A stretch of 64,000 bases of DNA, from contig CAWIGJ010000003.1 in the NCBI GenBank assembly GCA_963835655.1, positions 689,016 through 753,015 of the forward strand. The letters run 5' to 3'. Below, in pieces: positions 1 through 9,800 of the stretch; position 1 is the stretch's first letter, and the number at the start of each line of letters is the position of its first letter. The translations under genes and the position numbers were made by a program. The notes below the pieces were generated by a model. That model saw nothing but the letters and a program-made list of their open reading frames with translations. It was not told the DNA's origin and did not search any database. The stretch comes from an uncultured Chloroflexia bacterium. GTDB lineage: Bacteria; Chloroflexota; Dehalococcoidia; DSTF01; JALHUB01.

Positions 1-2330
1 CCGAAGGCCAAGGCGCCTGCATGCGCGCTGCGAGAGGGCTTGAAGAGACTCTCCGCAATATGACCATCAAGATCGACGACGATGAACTTCTGGTCGGAGC
101 AAAATCCGCCAAGACTATCGCTGGCCCGATTGGCATCGAAAGGTCATCCCTAAGCCGGGCGGTCTACCTCGGAATACCCTTCCACGGCAAGAGCGTCGAG
201 GATATCAAGTTCATCGAGAACCTCGACCCTGATGCGGCAGAATTTATGAAACCCATCCTTGAGATGCCGGACGAAGAGGTCGCGGAACTGAGGGACGAGA
301 TTCTGCCCTATTGGCGAGGGAAAGACGCTCACGCTCGCATGGTGGCACGCTGGATCGAGGAAGGCTTGGTTCCCGAAGCTGATCCGAGCCCTCACGTGGC
401 GGCCGTCGGCGACATGCAGGGCCACGTCACGGTTGGAATGAAGAAGGTCCTGGGTATGGGCTTCCGGGGCATCGGCAGGCAGGCTGCCGACCGGCTTGCC
501 AAGCTCCGCCCGGGAGACGACCGCTACGAGCAGCGGAAGGATTTTCTGGAGTCCGTGCAGGTCGTGACCAACGCCGCGTGCGAATTCTCCGAGCGCTACG
601 CCCGCCTCGCCCAAGCGCAGGCGGAGCGAGCCGGCCCGGAGCGGAAGGCTGAGCTGCTTGAGATTGCCGCTCGCTGTCGCCGCGTGCCGGCGGAGCCGCC
701 GACTACCTTGAAGGACGCCGTGCAAGCCGTTTGGATGGCCCAGGTCGCCACCGCGATCAGTTACGGCGAAGACTCTATCTTCGCCCCCGGCCGGGTCGAC
801 CAGTACCTCTACCCCTACTATAAGAAGGACCTGGAGGCCGGCCTGATCGACCGCGCAGAGGCGCTGGAAACCCTGGACGAGTACTTCATCAAGGTTTCCA
901 CGTTCATGGGCTTCGGCCCTAACAACATCACCATCGGCGGCCTGAAGCGGGACGGCGAAGACGGCACCAACGACATCTCGTTCCTGATGCTCGAGTCCTA
1001 CACACGTATGAAAGGTCTACGCAACGGGTTGGCCGTGCGAATCTCCGACAAGGCACCGCGCCAGTTCCTGCTCAATGCCTGCGCAGTTCACCGCGCGACC
1101 GCCGGCGTCGCCTTCTACAACGACGCCGTCTGCATCAGAGACCTCATGGTCGACGGCTACTCACTGGAAGACGCCCGCGACTATGCCGTTGTCGGCTGCG
1201 TTGAACTAACGTCCGCCGGCAACAACAACGGCTATACCTCGGGAAGCGTGGCCCACTTCGTGCGGCCGCTGGAGATGGCTTTGAATGAAGGCCGCGCGCG
1301 CATGAATCCTCACTCCTATCTGTATCTGCAAACGGATTCAGGAGAGCACCCTGTCGAGTGGAAAGAGATAGGCGTTAAGACGCCGCATCCTTCCACATTC
1401 AAGACCTTTGAAGATGTGAAGAAGGCCTACGCCGATCAGCTCGCCAACTCCATCGACGTCATGTGCAGGCTGACAGACGCGAAGGACAGGGTTTTTGCGG
1501 AGTCATTCCCAACACCGATGCTGTCCTGCACAATCGAGGGTTGCGTGGAGTCCGGTCTCGACAACACCCAGGGCGGTGCCCGTTACAACCATGCCTCTGT
1601 CTCCTGTCAGGGAATTGCGACGGTCACGAATTCCCTGGCTGCTGTCCAGTGGGCTGTCTTCGATGAGAAGCTCGTCACGATGGAGGAGCTCGTCAACCAC
1701 CTGAACAACAACTTCGAGGATGCCGAGGAGCTCAGGCAGCAGTTGCTCCACAAGGCCCCGAAGTACGGCAATGACGACCCGAAGGCTGACGAGATAGCCC
1801 TGTGGGTTGCGGAAACCCTGAACAAGGGAGCGCGAAAGCACCGCCGCGCGATGGACGGCGGCCCTTACCGGGCGCTTCTGATATCCGCTGCCGGCTCCCA
1901 GATCGCAGAGGGTCAAGCAATGGGGGCCACTCCGGACGGGAGAAAGGCCGGCGAGCCTGTCTCCAACGGAATGTCGTCTGCCAACGGCACAGAAGTCAAG
2001 GGTATGACCGCCATGCTCCACTCCGCAGCGAAGGTATCGGCCCCGCCGTTGTCCTCGGGCACGGCCGTCAACATGAACCTGAACCCGTTGACGATCAAGA
2101 GCGATGAAGGCCTCGAGAAGTTCGCTTCGTTGCTGGAGGGCTACTTTGCTCTCGGCGGCAGGCAGGTCCAGTTCAACCCGATGAGCAGGGAAACTCTGGT
2201 AGATGCGCAGCAGCACCCGGAGAATTACCCCGACCTGATGGTCAAGGTTTCCGGCTACTCGTACCGCTTTGTCGACCTGTCGAAGTCGCTTCAGAACGAC
2301 ATCATCGCCAGGACCGAGTTCGAGGTCTAG
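1..2330 (+). CDS. Glycyl radical enzyme, PFL2/dehydratase-eliminase type, 5' partial (reading frame open to window edge)
   Basis: ORF 21..2330 stays open upstream to nt 3. C-terminal glycyl-radical motif VKVSGYSYRF (RVSGY-type). Active-site loop VGCVELT has Cys-x-Glu as in GRE 1,2-eliminases/decarboxylases, not the Cys-Cys of pyruvate formate-lyase. Length about 770+ aa. Confidence 0.85.
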   Translation, partial: EGQGACMRAARGLEETLRNMTIKIDDDELLVGAKSAKTIAGPIGIERSSLSRAVYLGIPFHGKSVEDIKFIENLDPDAAEFMKPILEMPDEEVAELRDEILPYWRGKDAHARMVARWIEEGLVPEADPSPHVAAVGDMQGHVTVGMKKVLGMGFRGIGRQAADRLAKLRPGDDRYEQRKDFLESVQVVTNAACEFSERYARLAQAQAERAGPERKAELLEIAARCRRVPAEPPTTLKDAVQAVWMAQVATAISYGEDSIFAPGRVDQYLYPYYKKDLEAGLIDRAEALETLDEYFIKVSTFMGFGPNNITIGGLKRDGEDGTNDISFLMLESYTRMKGLRNGLAVRISDKAPRQFLLNACAVHRATAGVAFYNDAVCIRDLMVDGYSLEDARDYAVVGCVELTSAGNNNGYTSGSVAHFVRPLEMALNEGRARMNPHSYLYLQTDSGEHPVEWKEIGVKTPHPSTFKTFEDVKKAYADQLANSIDVMCRLTDAKDRVFAESFPTPMLSCTIEGCVESGLDNTQGGARYNHASVSCQGIATVTNSLAAVQWAVFDEKLVTMEELVNHLNNNFEDAEELRQQLLHKAPKYGNDDPKADEIALWVAETLNKGARKHRRAMDGGPYRALLISAAGSQIAEGQAMGATPDGRKAGEPVSNGMSSANGTEVKGMTAMLHSAAKVSAPPLSSGTAVNMNLNPLTIKSDEGLEKFASLLEGYFALGGRQVQFNPMSRETLVDAQQHPENYPDLMVKVSGYSYRFVDLSKSLQNDIIARTEFEV

Positions 2331-2450
2331 CGGCATCATGGCGAGGCCGCGGACGAGAAAACGTATCACCGCGTGCTGAATGAATCAGAACTGAAGCCCC
2401 GTTCCGTTCGGGGCTTCAGTCTGTTTCTGACCAGGCCGAATCAACCGGTC

Positions 2451-2897
2451 TCAGCGAAGGCGCCGCATGTTGTATTGGACGAACTTCTGAAGAAGATCCT
2501 TAAGGGTGGCCCGGTCCTCAATCGATAGGACGCCGAACATCTCGTCCGTGAAGGCGGGCGCGGTCGCTTGCAGAATCTGGCGCATCTCCTCGCCCTTAGG
2601 CGTGAGCTGGACAAGAACCACGCGCCGGTCCCCCGGATCCCTAAGCCGTTCTACCAGTCCGGCGGTACACATGCGGTCAATGAGGCTGGTCGCGCTCTGG
2701 CTCTCCTGAGACAGCATCCGGGCAAGCCGCGTGACCGAAAGCGGCCGTCCTGCCACGCCGAGGAGCCCGATCACCGACGCCTGCGGGACCGTGATACCGC
2801 GGACCGCCAGCGCCCGATCGCATTCCTTGTGCATTATGGCGAAAGCCGTGTAGAGCGTTGCCCATTCTTCAAGAGGCATGTGTTCCTCCGGGCTCAT
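2451..2897 (-). CDS. MarR-family transcriptional regulator
   Basis: 148 aa; winged-helix MarR-like sequence, with a Pro-Lys-Gly-Glu motif (PKGEE) in the expected wing region. Divergent from the GRE activase side. Confidence 0.75.
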   Translation of the reverse strand: MSPEEHMPLEEWATLYTAFAIMHKECDRALAVRGITVPQASVIGLLGVAGRPLSVTRLARMLSQESQSATSLIDRMCTAGLVERLRDPGDRRVVLVQLTPKGEEMRQILQATAPAFTDEMFGVLSIEDRATLKDLLQKFVQYNMRRLR

Positions 2898-3164
2898 GAC
2901 CTGTTGGCTAGTAGCAACCAGAGAATAACATAATGAACGGGCCTACGGAATCTATCCGGCTCGTGTTGACAACCCTCTTTGACTCCACACGTCGGTTCGG
3001 CGTAACCGCGAAACTTCGCCTCAGCGAAACTCGGAAGCTGATTGACAGGTACGAATGCCTCATCCAAACTGGTAACAGCGGTGGGTATTGCTTTTCGATC
3101 GGTGGCTATGCTCACCGAAAGGGGCTTGCGATGATTGCGACGGTGAAACCAGAAGTTGCCTATT

Positions 3165-3471
3165 CAGGCCGAATCGGGAGGCTGCGGGAGAAGCTGCCAT
3201 CCAGTCCGTACGAGGCCGATGCTGAGCGGGCCAGATACACGCGCTCGTATCGGAGCACTGAAGGGCAGTCTGCGTGCTTACGCGCTGCGAAGGGGTTGGA
3301 AGAGACCCTTCGCTACACGTTCATCAAGATCGATGAGGATGAGCTCCTCGTCGGAGCCAAGACGATCAAGACCGTCGCTTCACGATTGGTATCGAGCGGT
3401 CGTCGGTAAGCCGGACCGTATTTGTCGGGATACCCTTTCACGGCAAGACCGCCAATGACATAGGTCGGTGA
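3165..3471 (+). pseudogene. Truncated, frameshifted N-terminal fragment of a second glycyl radical enzyme paralog
   Basis: Translation RIGRLREKL...ARYTRSYRSTEGQSACLRAAKGLEETLRYTFIKIDEDELLVGAKTIKTVA matches the PFL2-family N-terminus and is about 75% identical to the first residues of the GRE at 1..2330 (GQGACMRAARGLEETLRNMTIKIDDDELLVGAKSAKTIA). The frame then shifts (IERSSVSRTVFVGIPFHGKTANDIGR) and hits a stop at 3469-3471. No remaining GRE body follows. Confidence 0.7.
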
Positions 3472-3538
3472 AGAGATAGAAGCTGCTGGGGGCCGACATT
3501 ACGGCAATGATCGAGTTTAACGTCCAAAGGGGATAGGT

Positions 3539-4531
3539 ATGCAAAGAGATTACGGGCGAACATCGAGCGCGCAGACAATGGAGTTGCAGTCTGCGGCGTC
3601 CCGCGTAACAGGGACCATCTTCAACATCCAGTTCGATTCCACGGAGGACGGCCCGGGCATACGGACGACTATCTTCATGAAGGGCTGTCCCCTGCATTGC
3701 GCCTGGTGCCACAATCCGGAAGGGCTCTCGCCCTCTCCGCAGTTGGTCTGGTACGAGACTCGCTGCATTGGCGCGGCAGAGTGCCTTAAGGTCTGTCCCA
3801 AAGGGGCTCTGAAGCCAACTCCCGGCAAAATGAGCATCGATCGCGCCCTCTGTGATGCCTGCGGCGACTGCGTTTCGGTGTGTCCTTCTGCAGCCCTGGA
3901 GGTGATGGGCAAGACCTACACGGTTGATGAGCTGGTGGCGATGGCTGTGCGAGACAAAGTTTTCTACGAGAAGTCGGGCGGTGGTGTTACGCTCTCTGGT
4001 GGTGAGGTCTCGCTGCAGGCCCGATTCTGCCTTGAGCTGATGAAGGCTCTTAAGCAGGAAGGCATACATTTGGCGCTGGATACCTGCGGCGCCGCGAAAT
4101 GGAGGACGCTCGAGCCTCTCGTAAACCTGGCCGACCTGGTCCTGTATGACCTCAAGATAATGGATGCGGAGAAGCATCGGGAGTATACGGGATTCCCTCT
4201 CGATATCGTGCTTGAGAACGCTCGCCGGATTTCCAATCTCGGGAAGCCGATGTGGGTGCGTACGCCTATAGTTCCGGGATACACGGACACCGTCGAGAAC
4301 GTCGGCAAGATCGCTCGTTTCATACACGACAATCTTCCGACCGTTGAAAGGTACGACATCCTGGCCTTCAACAACACCTGTGCGGCGAAATACGAGCGGC
4401 TGGATATGGTGTGGAAGCTGGAGGGGAAAGAACTGATATCAGAAGAGCTGATGGAGCGGCTCGCCGCGACAGCCAGAGAGGAAGGGTTGGGTTTCGTTCA
4501 CTGGTCGGGACTCACTGCGCGAGCATCTTAG
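3539..4531 (+). CDS. Glycyl radical enzyme activating enzyme (radical SAM, with two ferredoxin-like 4Fe-4S inserts)
   Basis: CPLHCAWCHNPEG radical SAM CxxxCxxC motif near the N-terminus; two extra Cys clusters (CIGAAECLKVCP, CDACGDCVSVCP) typical of non-PFL GRE activases. RBS AAAGGGGA upstream. Confidence 0.9.
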   Translation: MQRDYGRTSSAQTMELQSAASRVTGTIFNIQFDSTEDGPGIRTTIFMKGCPLHCAWCHNPEGLSPSPQLVWYETRCIGAAECLKVCPKGALKPTPGKMSIDRALCDACGDCVSVCPSAALEVMGKTYTVDELVAMAVRDKVFYEKSGGGVTLSGGEVSLQARFCLELMKALKQEGIHLALDTCGAAKWRTLEPLVNLADLVLYDLKIMDAEKHREYTGFPLDIVLENARRISNLGKPMWVRTPIVPGYTDTVENVGKIARFIHDNLPTVERYDILAFNNTCAAKYERLDMVWKLEGKELISEELMERLAATAREEGLGFVHWSGLTARAS

Positions 4532-4723
4532 ACGCCGGGCCAGCCGAACCTTCTACACGGCCGCAATTTCCAACTTTCACCGGCGGGGACGGCCGACTGG
4601 GGCGATGGGGACAAGCCCAAGGCTTCGCCCAACGCCGCGCTGCCGCGCCGTTCAGAGTGAGCTTGCTGCGAGGCTTGCCGCGGTGATCGCGGTTGCTCGA
4701 CCCCGCGCCGTATACTACACGGC

Positions 4724-5536
4724 ATGACGCGCATTAGCGAGACAATGTCTCGAGTGGGGACGGAAGGTAGGCTCGGCCTCGTCGCCTATGTCACCTGCGG
4801 CTTCCCGGACGCGCAATCTAGTCCCGCGATCGTCCGGGCACTTGTCGAGGGTGGTGCCGACATCATCGAACTCGGTGTGCCCTTCAGCGACCCCGTCGCC
4901 GACGGCGCGACCATCCAGAAAGCCTCATTCCGCGCTCTCGAAGCCGGCATGACCGTTTCGCGTTGCTTCGACGTCGTGGCTGAGATTCGACGCGACGATG
5001 AGGAAGTCCCCGTTATCCTCATGACCTACGCCAACCCTGTTCTTGCATATGGTGAAGAAGCGTTCGTCAGAAAGGCAGCGGCAAGCGGCGTCGATGGCTT
5101 GATCGTCGTTGACATGCCGCCGGAAGAGGGTACGGAGTTGCGGGAGCGTTGCCGGGTGAGCGGAATCGACAACATCCTGCTGGTTGCGCCGACCTCGGAC
5201 GACGAGCGGATCAAGCGCATTACGGCGGAAGCGTCAGGCTTCCTCTACTGCGTGAGTGTTGCCGGCGTGACGGGCGCGAGAGCCGAGCTTCCGGACGCCT
5301 TGCCCGATTTCCTCGCCCGGGTACGTCGCCATACGTCGCTGCCGCTCGCCGTGGGATTCGGCGTGTCCCGACCGGAGCACTTGCGGTCGCTGCAGAGGAG
5401 TGCGGACGCCGTTGTCGTGGGCAGCGCCATTGTCGATGTCATCGACTCGTCGCGGGCGAGCGATGTTGAATCTCGACTGAGACAATACGTGCGAACGCTT
5501 GTTTCTTATCGTGGCGAAAGCTCGCGGCCAGCTTGA
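4724..5536 (+). CDS. trpA: Tryptophan synthase alpha subunit
   Basis: 270 aa; LVAYVTCGFPD...GVPFSDPVADG signature of TrpA. A TATACT -10-like box at 4711-4716 lies only 7 nt before the ATG, so the transcript may be leaderless. Confidence 0.9.
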   Translation: MTRISETMSRVGTEGRLGLVAYVTCGFPDAQSSPAIVRALVEGGADIIELGVPFSDPVADGATIQKASFRALEAGMTVSRCFDVVAEIRRDDEEVPVILMTYANPVLAYGEEAFVRKAAASGVDGLIVVDMPPEEGTELRERCRVSGIDNILLVAPTSDDERIKRITAEASGFLYCVSVAGVTGARAELPDALPDFLARVRRHTSLPLAVGFGVSRPEHLRSLQRSADAVVVGSAIVDVIDSSRASDVESRLRQYVRTLVSYRGESSRPA

Positions 5537-5559
5537 CACCTGTTTTGAGCGCTGTTACA

Positions 5560-5885
5560 GTAGCGTAAACCGAATAGGCATCGGCGAAGAACAGGACTAG
5601 TACGTCGCTAAGCGAGGCTGTGTTGCCAGGGGCAACCGCAGAGAGCCGGGGCAGGTGGAATCCGGCGTCGGCGCAGCGATAGGAATGGACCTGGGAGCCG
5701 CAACCCCGAAACCGCCACTGGTGGATAGTAGGGGATGCCGGAGAGGGCACCGTTAGCAGAGCCCAGGGTATAAGTCCGCCCTTGGGTGGATCGTACCTGA
5801 CAAGAGATGCCGGAGCCGCGCCTTCGGCAACTAGGGTGGCACCGCGAGATAGCCCCTCGCCCCTGTGGCGAGGGGTTTTTGTTTG
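5560..5885 (+). promoter_or_regulatory. T-box riboswitch leader (putative tRNA-Trp sensing) upstream of trpE
   Basis: Conserved T-box sequence AGGGTGGCACCGCG at 5833-5846 (UGGC bulge fits a G73 discriminator as in tRNA-Trp). Followed by a GC-rich terminator hairpin (cccctcgcccc/ggcgagggg) and a T-run at 5851-5885. Lies directly upstream of trpE. Specifier loop not resolved by eye. Confidence 0.65.
5851..5885 (+). terminator. Intrinsic terminator of the T-box leader (alternative to the antiterminator)
   Basis: agcccctcgcccctgtggcgaggggtttttgtttg: 9-bp GC stem plus U-tract. Confidence 0.7.
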
Positions 5886-5902
5886 CTTGCGAGGGTCTGA
5901 AC

Positions 5903-7405
5903 ATGGAACACGCGGAATACCGCCCGAGCCTGGAGGAGGCGCGCGCGCTAGCCGGACAAGGCAACCTGCTACCCGTCTTTTGCGAAGTTACGGCGGACCT
6001 GGAAACGCCCGTCTCCGCCTATCTGAAAGTCGCCCGCGGACAGCACTCGTTTCTGCTGGAAAGCGTCGAGGGCGGCGAGCACTTGGGGCGGTACAGTTTC
6101 ATTGGGACGGAGCCGTATCGTGTCCTGGCCAGCCCTTCGGGCGCGGCGATCGACCCGCTCCGCGAAATCGAAGAGGAACTTGGGCGCTTCAGTGTTGTGT
6201 CCGTGCCTGGCCTGCCGCGATTCCACGGAGGCGCCGTCGGCTACCTGGCGTATGAGGCTGCGCGCCACTTCGAGCGCCTGCCTTCGCCTGCTGGCGATCC
6301 CCTGGCGATGCCGGAGGCCGTCTTCATGTTTACCGACACCCTCCTGGTCTTCGACCACCTTCAACACAAGATTAAGGTCGTTAGCCACGCCCGCCTCGAC
6401 GGCGACGTAGACTCTGCTTACCGCCAGGCTACCCGGCGCGTCGATGAGCTGGTCGAGCGCCTGTCGCGGCCGCTGCGTCTGCCCGCCTTCGAATCGAGGT
6501 CGGAGACGAGCCAGTCAGGGCGAGAAGTGTCCTCGAACGTGAGCCGCGACGATTTCCTCCGCTCCGTCGAGCGCGCCAGAGAATACATCATCGCCGGCGA
6601 CGCCATCCAGATCGTGCTTTCGCAGCGGCTGTCGCGACGGACGGACGCCTGCCCGTTCGAGGTCTATCGCGCCCTCCGGGCCATCAACCCATCGCCGTAC
6701 ATGTATTACCTCCGCCTTGGCGATGTGCATATCGTTGGCTCGTCGCCGGAGATGCTGGTGCGCGTGGAGGACGGCATCGTGAGGACCCACCCGATAGCTG
6801 GCACGCGACGGCGCGGCGTCGATGCGGCGGAGGATGCGGCGCTGGAGGCCGAGTTGCGCGCCGACGAGAAGGAGCGCGCTGAGCACACGATGCTGCTGGA
6901 CCTGGGGAGGAACGACATTGGCCGCGTGGCCAAGCCGGGCAGCGTCCAGGTGGACCGTTGCATGGAGGTGGAGCGGTATTCGCACGTCATGCACCTGGTG
7001 TCGCACGTGTCGGGGCGGTTACGCGAAGGGCTAAGCTGTCTGGACGCGCTGCGCGCCTGCTTTCCCGCGGGCACGGTGTCCGGCGCGCCGAAGATCCGGG
7101 CGATGGAGGTCATCGCGGAGCTGGAGCCAGACAAGCGCGGGCCGTACGCTGGCGCGGTCGGCTACTTCGGGCTGGCCGGCAACCTGGACACGGCGATCAC
7201 GATTCGCACAATCGTCATGAAGGACGGTGTCGCTCACCTCCAGGTCGGCGCGGGGATCGTCTACGACAGTCTGCCGGAGCGCGAGTACGAGGAGACGCTG
7301 AATAAGGCAGGCGCGTTGCTTCGGGCGATAGAGCAGGCTGAGGACAAGGTGGCGCGCTCGCAGCCGGTCGGCGTGCCGGACGGCAAGACCGTGCGGGGCT
7401 ACTGA
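5903..7405 (+). CDS. trpE: Anthranilate synthase component I
   Basis: Starts MEHAEYRPS at ATG 5903; the ORF-track start at 5807 would run through the T-box/terminator. TrpE chorismate-binding C-terminal domain ([12 protein letters not shown]...GAVGYF). Confidence 0.9.
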   Translation: MEHAEYRPSLEEARALAGQGNLLPVFCEVTADLETPVSAYLKVARGQHSFLLESVEGGEHLGRYSFIGTEPYRVLASPSGAAIDPLREIEEELGRFSVVSVPGLPRFHGGAVGYLAYEAARHFERLPSPAGDPLAMPEAVFMFTDTLLVFDHLQHKIKVVSHARLDGDVDSAYRQATRRVDELVERLSRPLRLPAFESRSETSQSGREVSSNVSRDDFLRSVERAREYIIAGDAIQIVLSQRLSRRTDACPFEVYRALRAINPSPYMYYLRLGDVHIVGSSPEMLVRVEDGIVRTHPIAGTRRRGVDAAEDAALEAELRADEKERAEHTMLLDLGRNDIGRVAKPGSVQVDRCMEVERYSHVMHLVSHVSGRLREGLSCLDALRACFPAGTVSGAPKIRAMEVIAELEPDKRGPYAGAVGYFGLAGNLDTAITIRTIVMKDGVAHLQVGAGIVYDSLPEREYEETLNKAGALLRAIEQAEDKVARSQPVGVPDGKTVRGY

Positions 7406-7406
7406 G

Positions 7407-7976
7407 ATGCTCTTGCTCATCAACAACTACGACAGCTTCACGTTCAACCTCTACCAGTACCTCGCCGAGATGGGCGCGGAGCCGCATGTAGTTCGCAACG
7501 ACGCAATGACGCTCGATGAAATCCAGATGATGGCGCCGGAGCGGATCGTCATATCACCGGGGCCGTGCACGCCGAAGAGGGCGGGCATCAGTGTCGATGT
7601 CGTGCGCCGGTTTGCCGGCATCATACCGATACTTGGGGTCTGCCTCGGGCACCAGTGCATCGGCGAGGCGTTCGGGGCCGTGGTCGACGGCGCGGGCGAG
7701 ATCGTGCACGGCAAGCAGTCAGATATCTACCACGATGGGAGCGGCGTCTTTCGCGGCCTGCCCAATCCATTCCCGGCGACCCGCTATCACTCCTTGGCGG
7801 TTCGCCGAGAGCGCCTGCCCTCATGGCTGGAGGTCAGCGCCTGGACGGGAAGCGGCCTCATCATGGGGCTGCGGCACCGGGAGCTGGCCGTCGATGGCGT
7901 GCAGTTCCATCCGGAATCGATTCTAACGCCGGCAGGAAAGGACCTGCTGCGCAACTTCCTGGAGGTGTCACGATGA
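7407..7976 (+). CDS. trpG: Anthranilate synthase component II (glutamine amidotransferase)
   Basis: 189 aa; [15 protein letters not shown], catalytic GVCLGHQ. Confidence 0.9.
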   Translation: MLLLINNYDSFTFNLYQYLAEMGAEPHVVRNDAMTLDEIQMMAPERIVISPGPCTPKRAGISVDVVRRFAGIIPILGVCLGHQCIGEAFGAVVDGAGEIVHGKQSDIYHDGSGVFRGLPNPFPATRYHSLAVRRERLPSWLEVSAWTGSGLIMGLRHRELAVDGVQFHPESILTPAGKDLLRNFLEVSR

Positions 7977-8986
7977 TACGAGATGCGATTTCGGCGGCGG
8001 TGGCAGCTCGTGACCTGTCGGAGGAGGAAGCGGCCTGCGTGATGGAGGAGATCATGTCGGGCGAGGCGACGCCGGCGCAACTGGCGGCATTCCTGACGGC
8101 TCTCAGACTCAAGGGTGAGACGGTTGACGAGATAGCCGGAATGGCGCGCGTCATGCGGGCGAAGGCGTGTCGCGTCGACAGCAAGGGCGCTTTGCTCGAC
8201 ACCTGCGGCACCGGCGGCGACGCCAGCGGCACGTTCAACGTCAGCACGGCGGCGGCATTCGTTGCGGCGGCCGCTGGCGCCAGAGTCGCCAAGCACGGTA
8301 ACCGGGCGATAAGCAGCCGCTGCGGCTCTGCGGACGTGCTCGAAGCACTGGGAGCAAAGATCGAGCTGTCGCCGGAAGGGGTTTCGACCTGTCTAGACGT
8401 CACGGGCTTCTGCTTCATGTTCGCACCGCTTTTTCATCCGGCGATGCGCTTTGCGGCAGGCCCCAGGCGAGAGATAGGCATCCGGACGGTCTTCAACGTA
8501 TTGGGGCCGCTCTGCAATCCGGCGGCCGCCAGTAGGCAGGTGCTCGGCGTGGCCGAGGCCTCGCTGGGGGAGAAGATGGCGCAGGCGCTGGCCCGACTCG
8601 GCTGCTATCATGCGCTCATCGTCCACGGCGAAGGGGGGCTGGACGAACTGAGCCCGGCAGGCCCGTCGCAGGTATGGGAGGTGAAGCAGAACGACATTCA
8701 GTGGTTCGAGATCAGACCATCGGACGCCGGGCTCTCGGCCCATCGGCTATCATCGGTGAGCGGCGGCACCGCAGGGGAAAACGCGAAGATGCTGCACTCC
8801 GTTCTCAGCGGCCAGACCGGAGCGTTACGCGACTTCACGCTCTTGAACACGGCGGCGGCGCTGCTGGCTTTCGACCTGGTCCCTGCTGTGGGGGAGGGCG
8901 TCGACAAGGCGGCGCGAGCGATCGACAGTGGTGAGGCGCTCGACAAACTTGAACGCTTCATTGAGGTGAGCAATGCGTGTGAATGA
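7973..8986 (+). CDS. trpD: Anthranilate phosphoribosyltransferase
   Basis: Starts [11 protein letters not shown] at ATG 7973 with ATGA overlap with trpG. GTGGD motif ([15 protein letters not shown]). The longer ORF-track extension to 7565 is out-of-context overlap with trpG. Confidence 0.88.
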   Translation: MIRDAISAAVAARDLSEEEAACVMEEIMSGEATPAQLAAFLTALRLKGETVDEIAGMARVMRAKACRVDSKGALLDTCGTGGDASGTFNVSTAAAFVAAAAGARVAKHGNRAISSRCGSADVLEALGAKIELSPEGVSTCLDVTGFCFMFAPLFHPAMRFAAGPRREIGIRTVFNVLGPLCNPAAASRQVLGVAEASLGEKMAQALARLGCYHALIVHGEGGLDELSPAGPSQVWEVKQNDIQWFEIRPSDAGLSAHRLSSVSGGTAGENAKMLHSVLSGQTGALRDFTLLNTAAALLAFDLVPAVGEGVDKAARAIDSGEALDKLERFIEVSNACE

Positions 8987-9800
8987 AAACGTACCGGACA
9001 TTTTGCAGGAGATCGTCGCGGCGAGGCGAGTAGAGCTGGCACGGGTGGAGCAGGAAACGCCGCTGTTGGAGTTGCAGGAGCGCGTCGCCGGGCTGCGGCA
9101 GTCGCAATCACAAAGCCTATTAAAGGCGTTGCGAGGGCCGCAGCGGGGCCTCGGCCTGATCGCCGAGGTGAAGATGGCGTCGCCTTCGGCTGGGCGGCTG
9201 CTGGACGACGTGAAGCGGGCGTGCCTACCGTTGCTGTACGCGGAGAACGGCGCGTCGGCGGTCTCGGTGCTGACGGAGCAGGCTCACTTCTGCGGCAGGC
9301 TGGAGCACCTGACCGAGGCGAAGTCGTCGTTGCAGCTGGCCGTCGGGGACGACGCGCCGCCGCTGCTGCGCAAAGACTTCCTGTTCGAGCCGTACCAGGT
9401 TTGGGAGTCGAAGGCCGCTGGCGCCGATGCTATTCTCCTCATCGCGGCGCTTATGTCGGCTTACGAGTTAGCAGACTTACTGGCGCTAGCTCGCGAGGTC
9501 GGTGTGGAGTGCTTGGTGGAGGTGCACGACGAGCGAGAACTGGCGCAGACGCTTAGCACAGGAGCGGCGATCATCGGCATCAACAATCGCGACCTCTGCA
9601 CGTTCGAAGTGGACCTGGCGACGACGGAGCGCCTATGCCCGCTCATCCCCGCCGACCGCATCGTTGTTAGCGAGAGCGGCATCCGGACGCGCACGGATAT
9701 CGAACGGGTGGCGGCCTGTGGTGTCGATGCCGTACTGATCGGCGAGGCGCTGGTGACGGCGGACGACCCGGGGGCCAAGATACTGGAGCTTTCTGGATGA
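8973..9800 (+). CDS. trpC: Indole-3-glycerol phosphate synthase
   Basis: 275 aa IGPS fold sequence ([11 protein letters not shown]...IGINNRDL). Confidence 0.88.
   Translation: MRVNENVPDILQEIVAARRVELARVEQETPLLELQERVAGLRQSQSQSLLKALRGPQRGLGLIAEVKMASPSAGRLLDDVKRACLPLLYAENGASAVSVLTEQAHFCGRLEHLTEAKSSLQLAVGDDAPPLLRKDFLFEPYQVWESKAAGADAILLIAALMSAYELADLLALAREVGVECLVEVHDERELAQTLSTGAAIIGINNRDLCTFEVDLATTERLCPLIPADRIVVSESGIRTRTDIERVAACGVDAVLIGEALVTADDPGAKILELSG

Noticed and set aside
5807-5902. N-terminal extension of trpE back to 5807
   Set aside because: It would translate through the T-box motif and terminator hairpin; ATG 5903 (MEHAEYRPS) aligns with TrpE N-termini.
7565-7972. Long N-terminal extension of trpD (ORF 7565..8986)
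   Set aside because: It overlaps trpG in another frame with Arg/Gly-rich shadow composition; ATG 7973 has the ATGA coupling typical of the operon.
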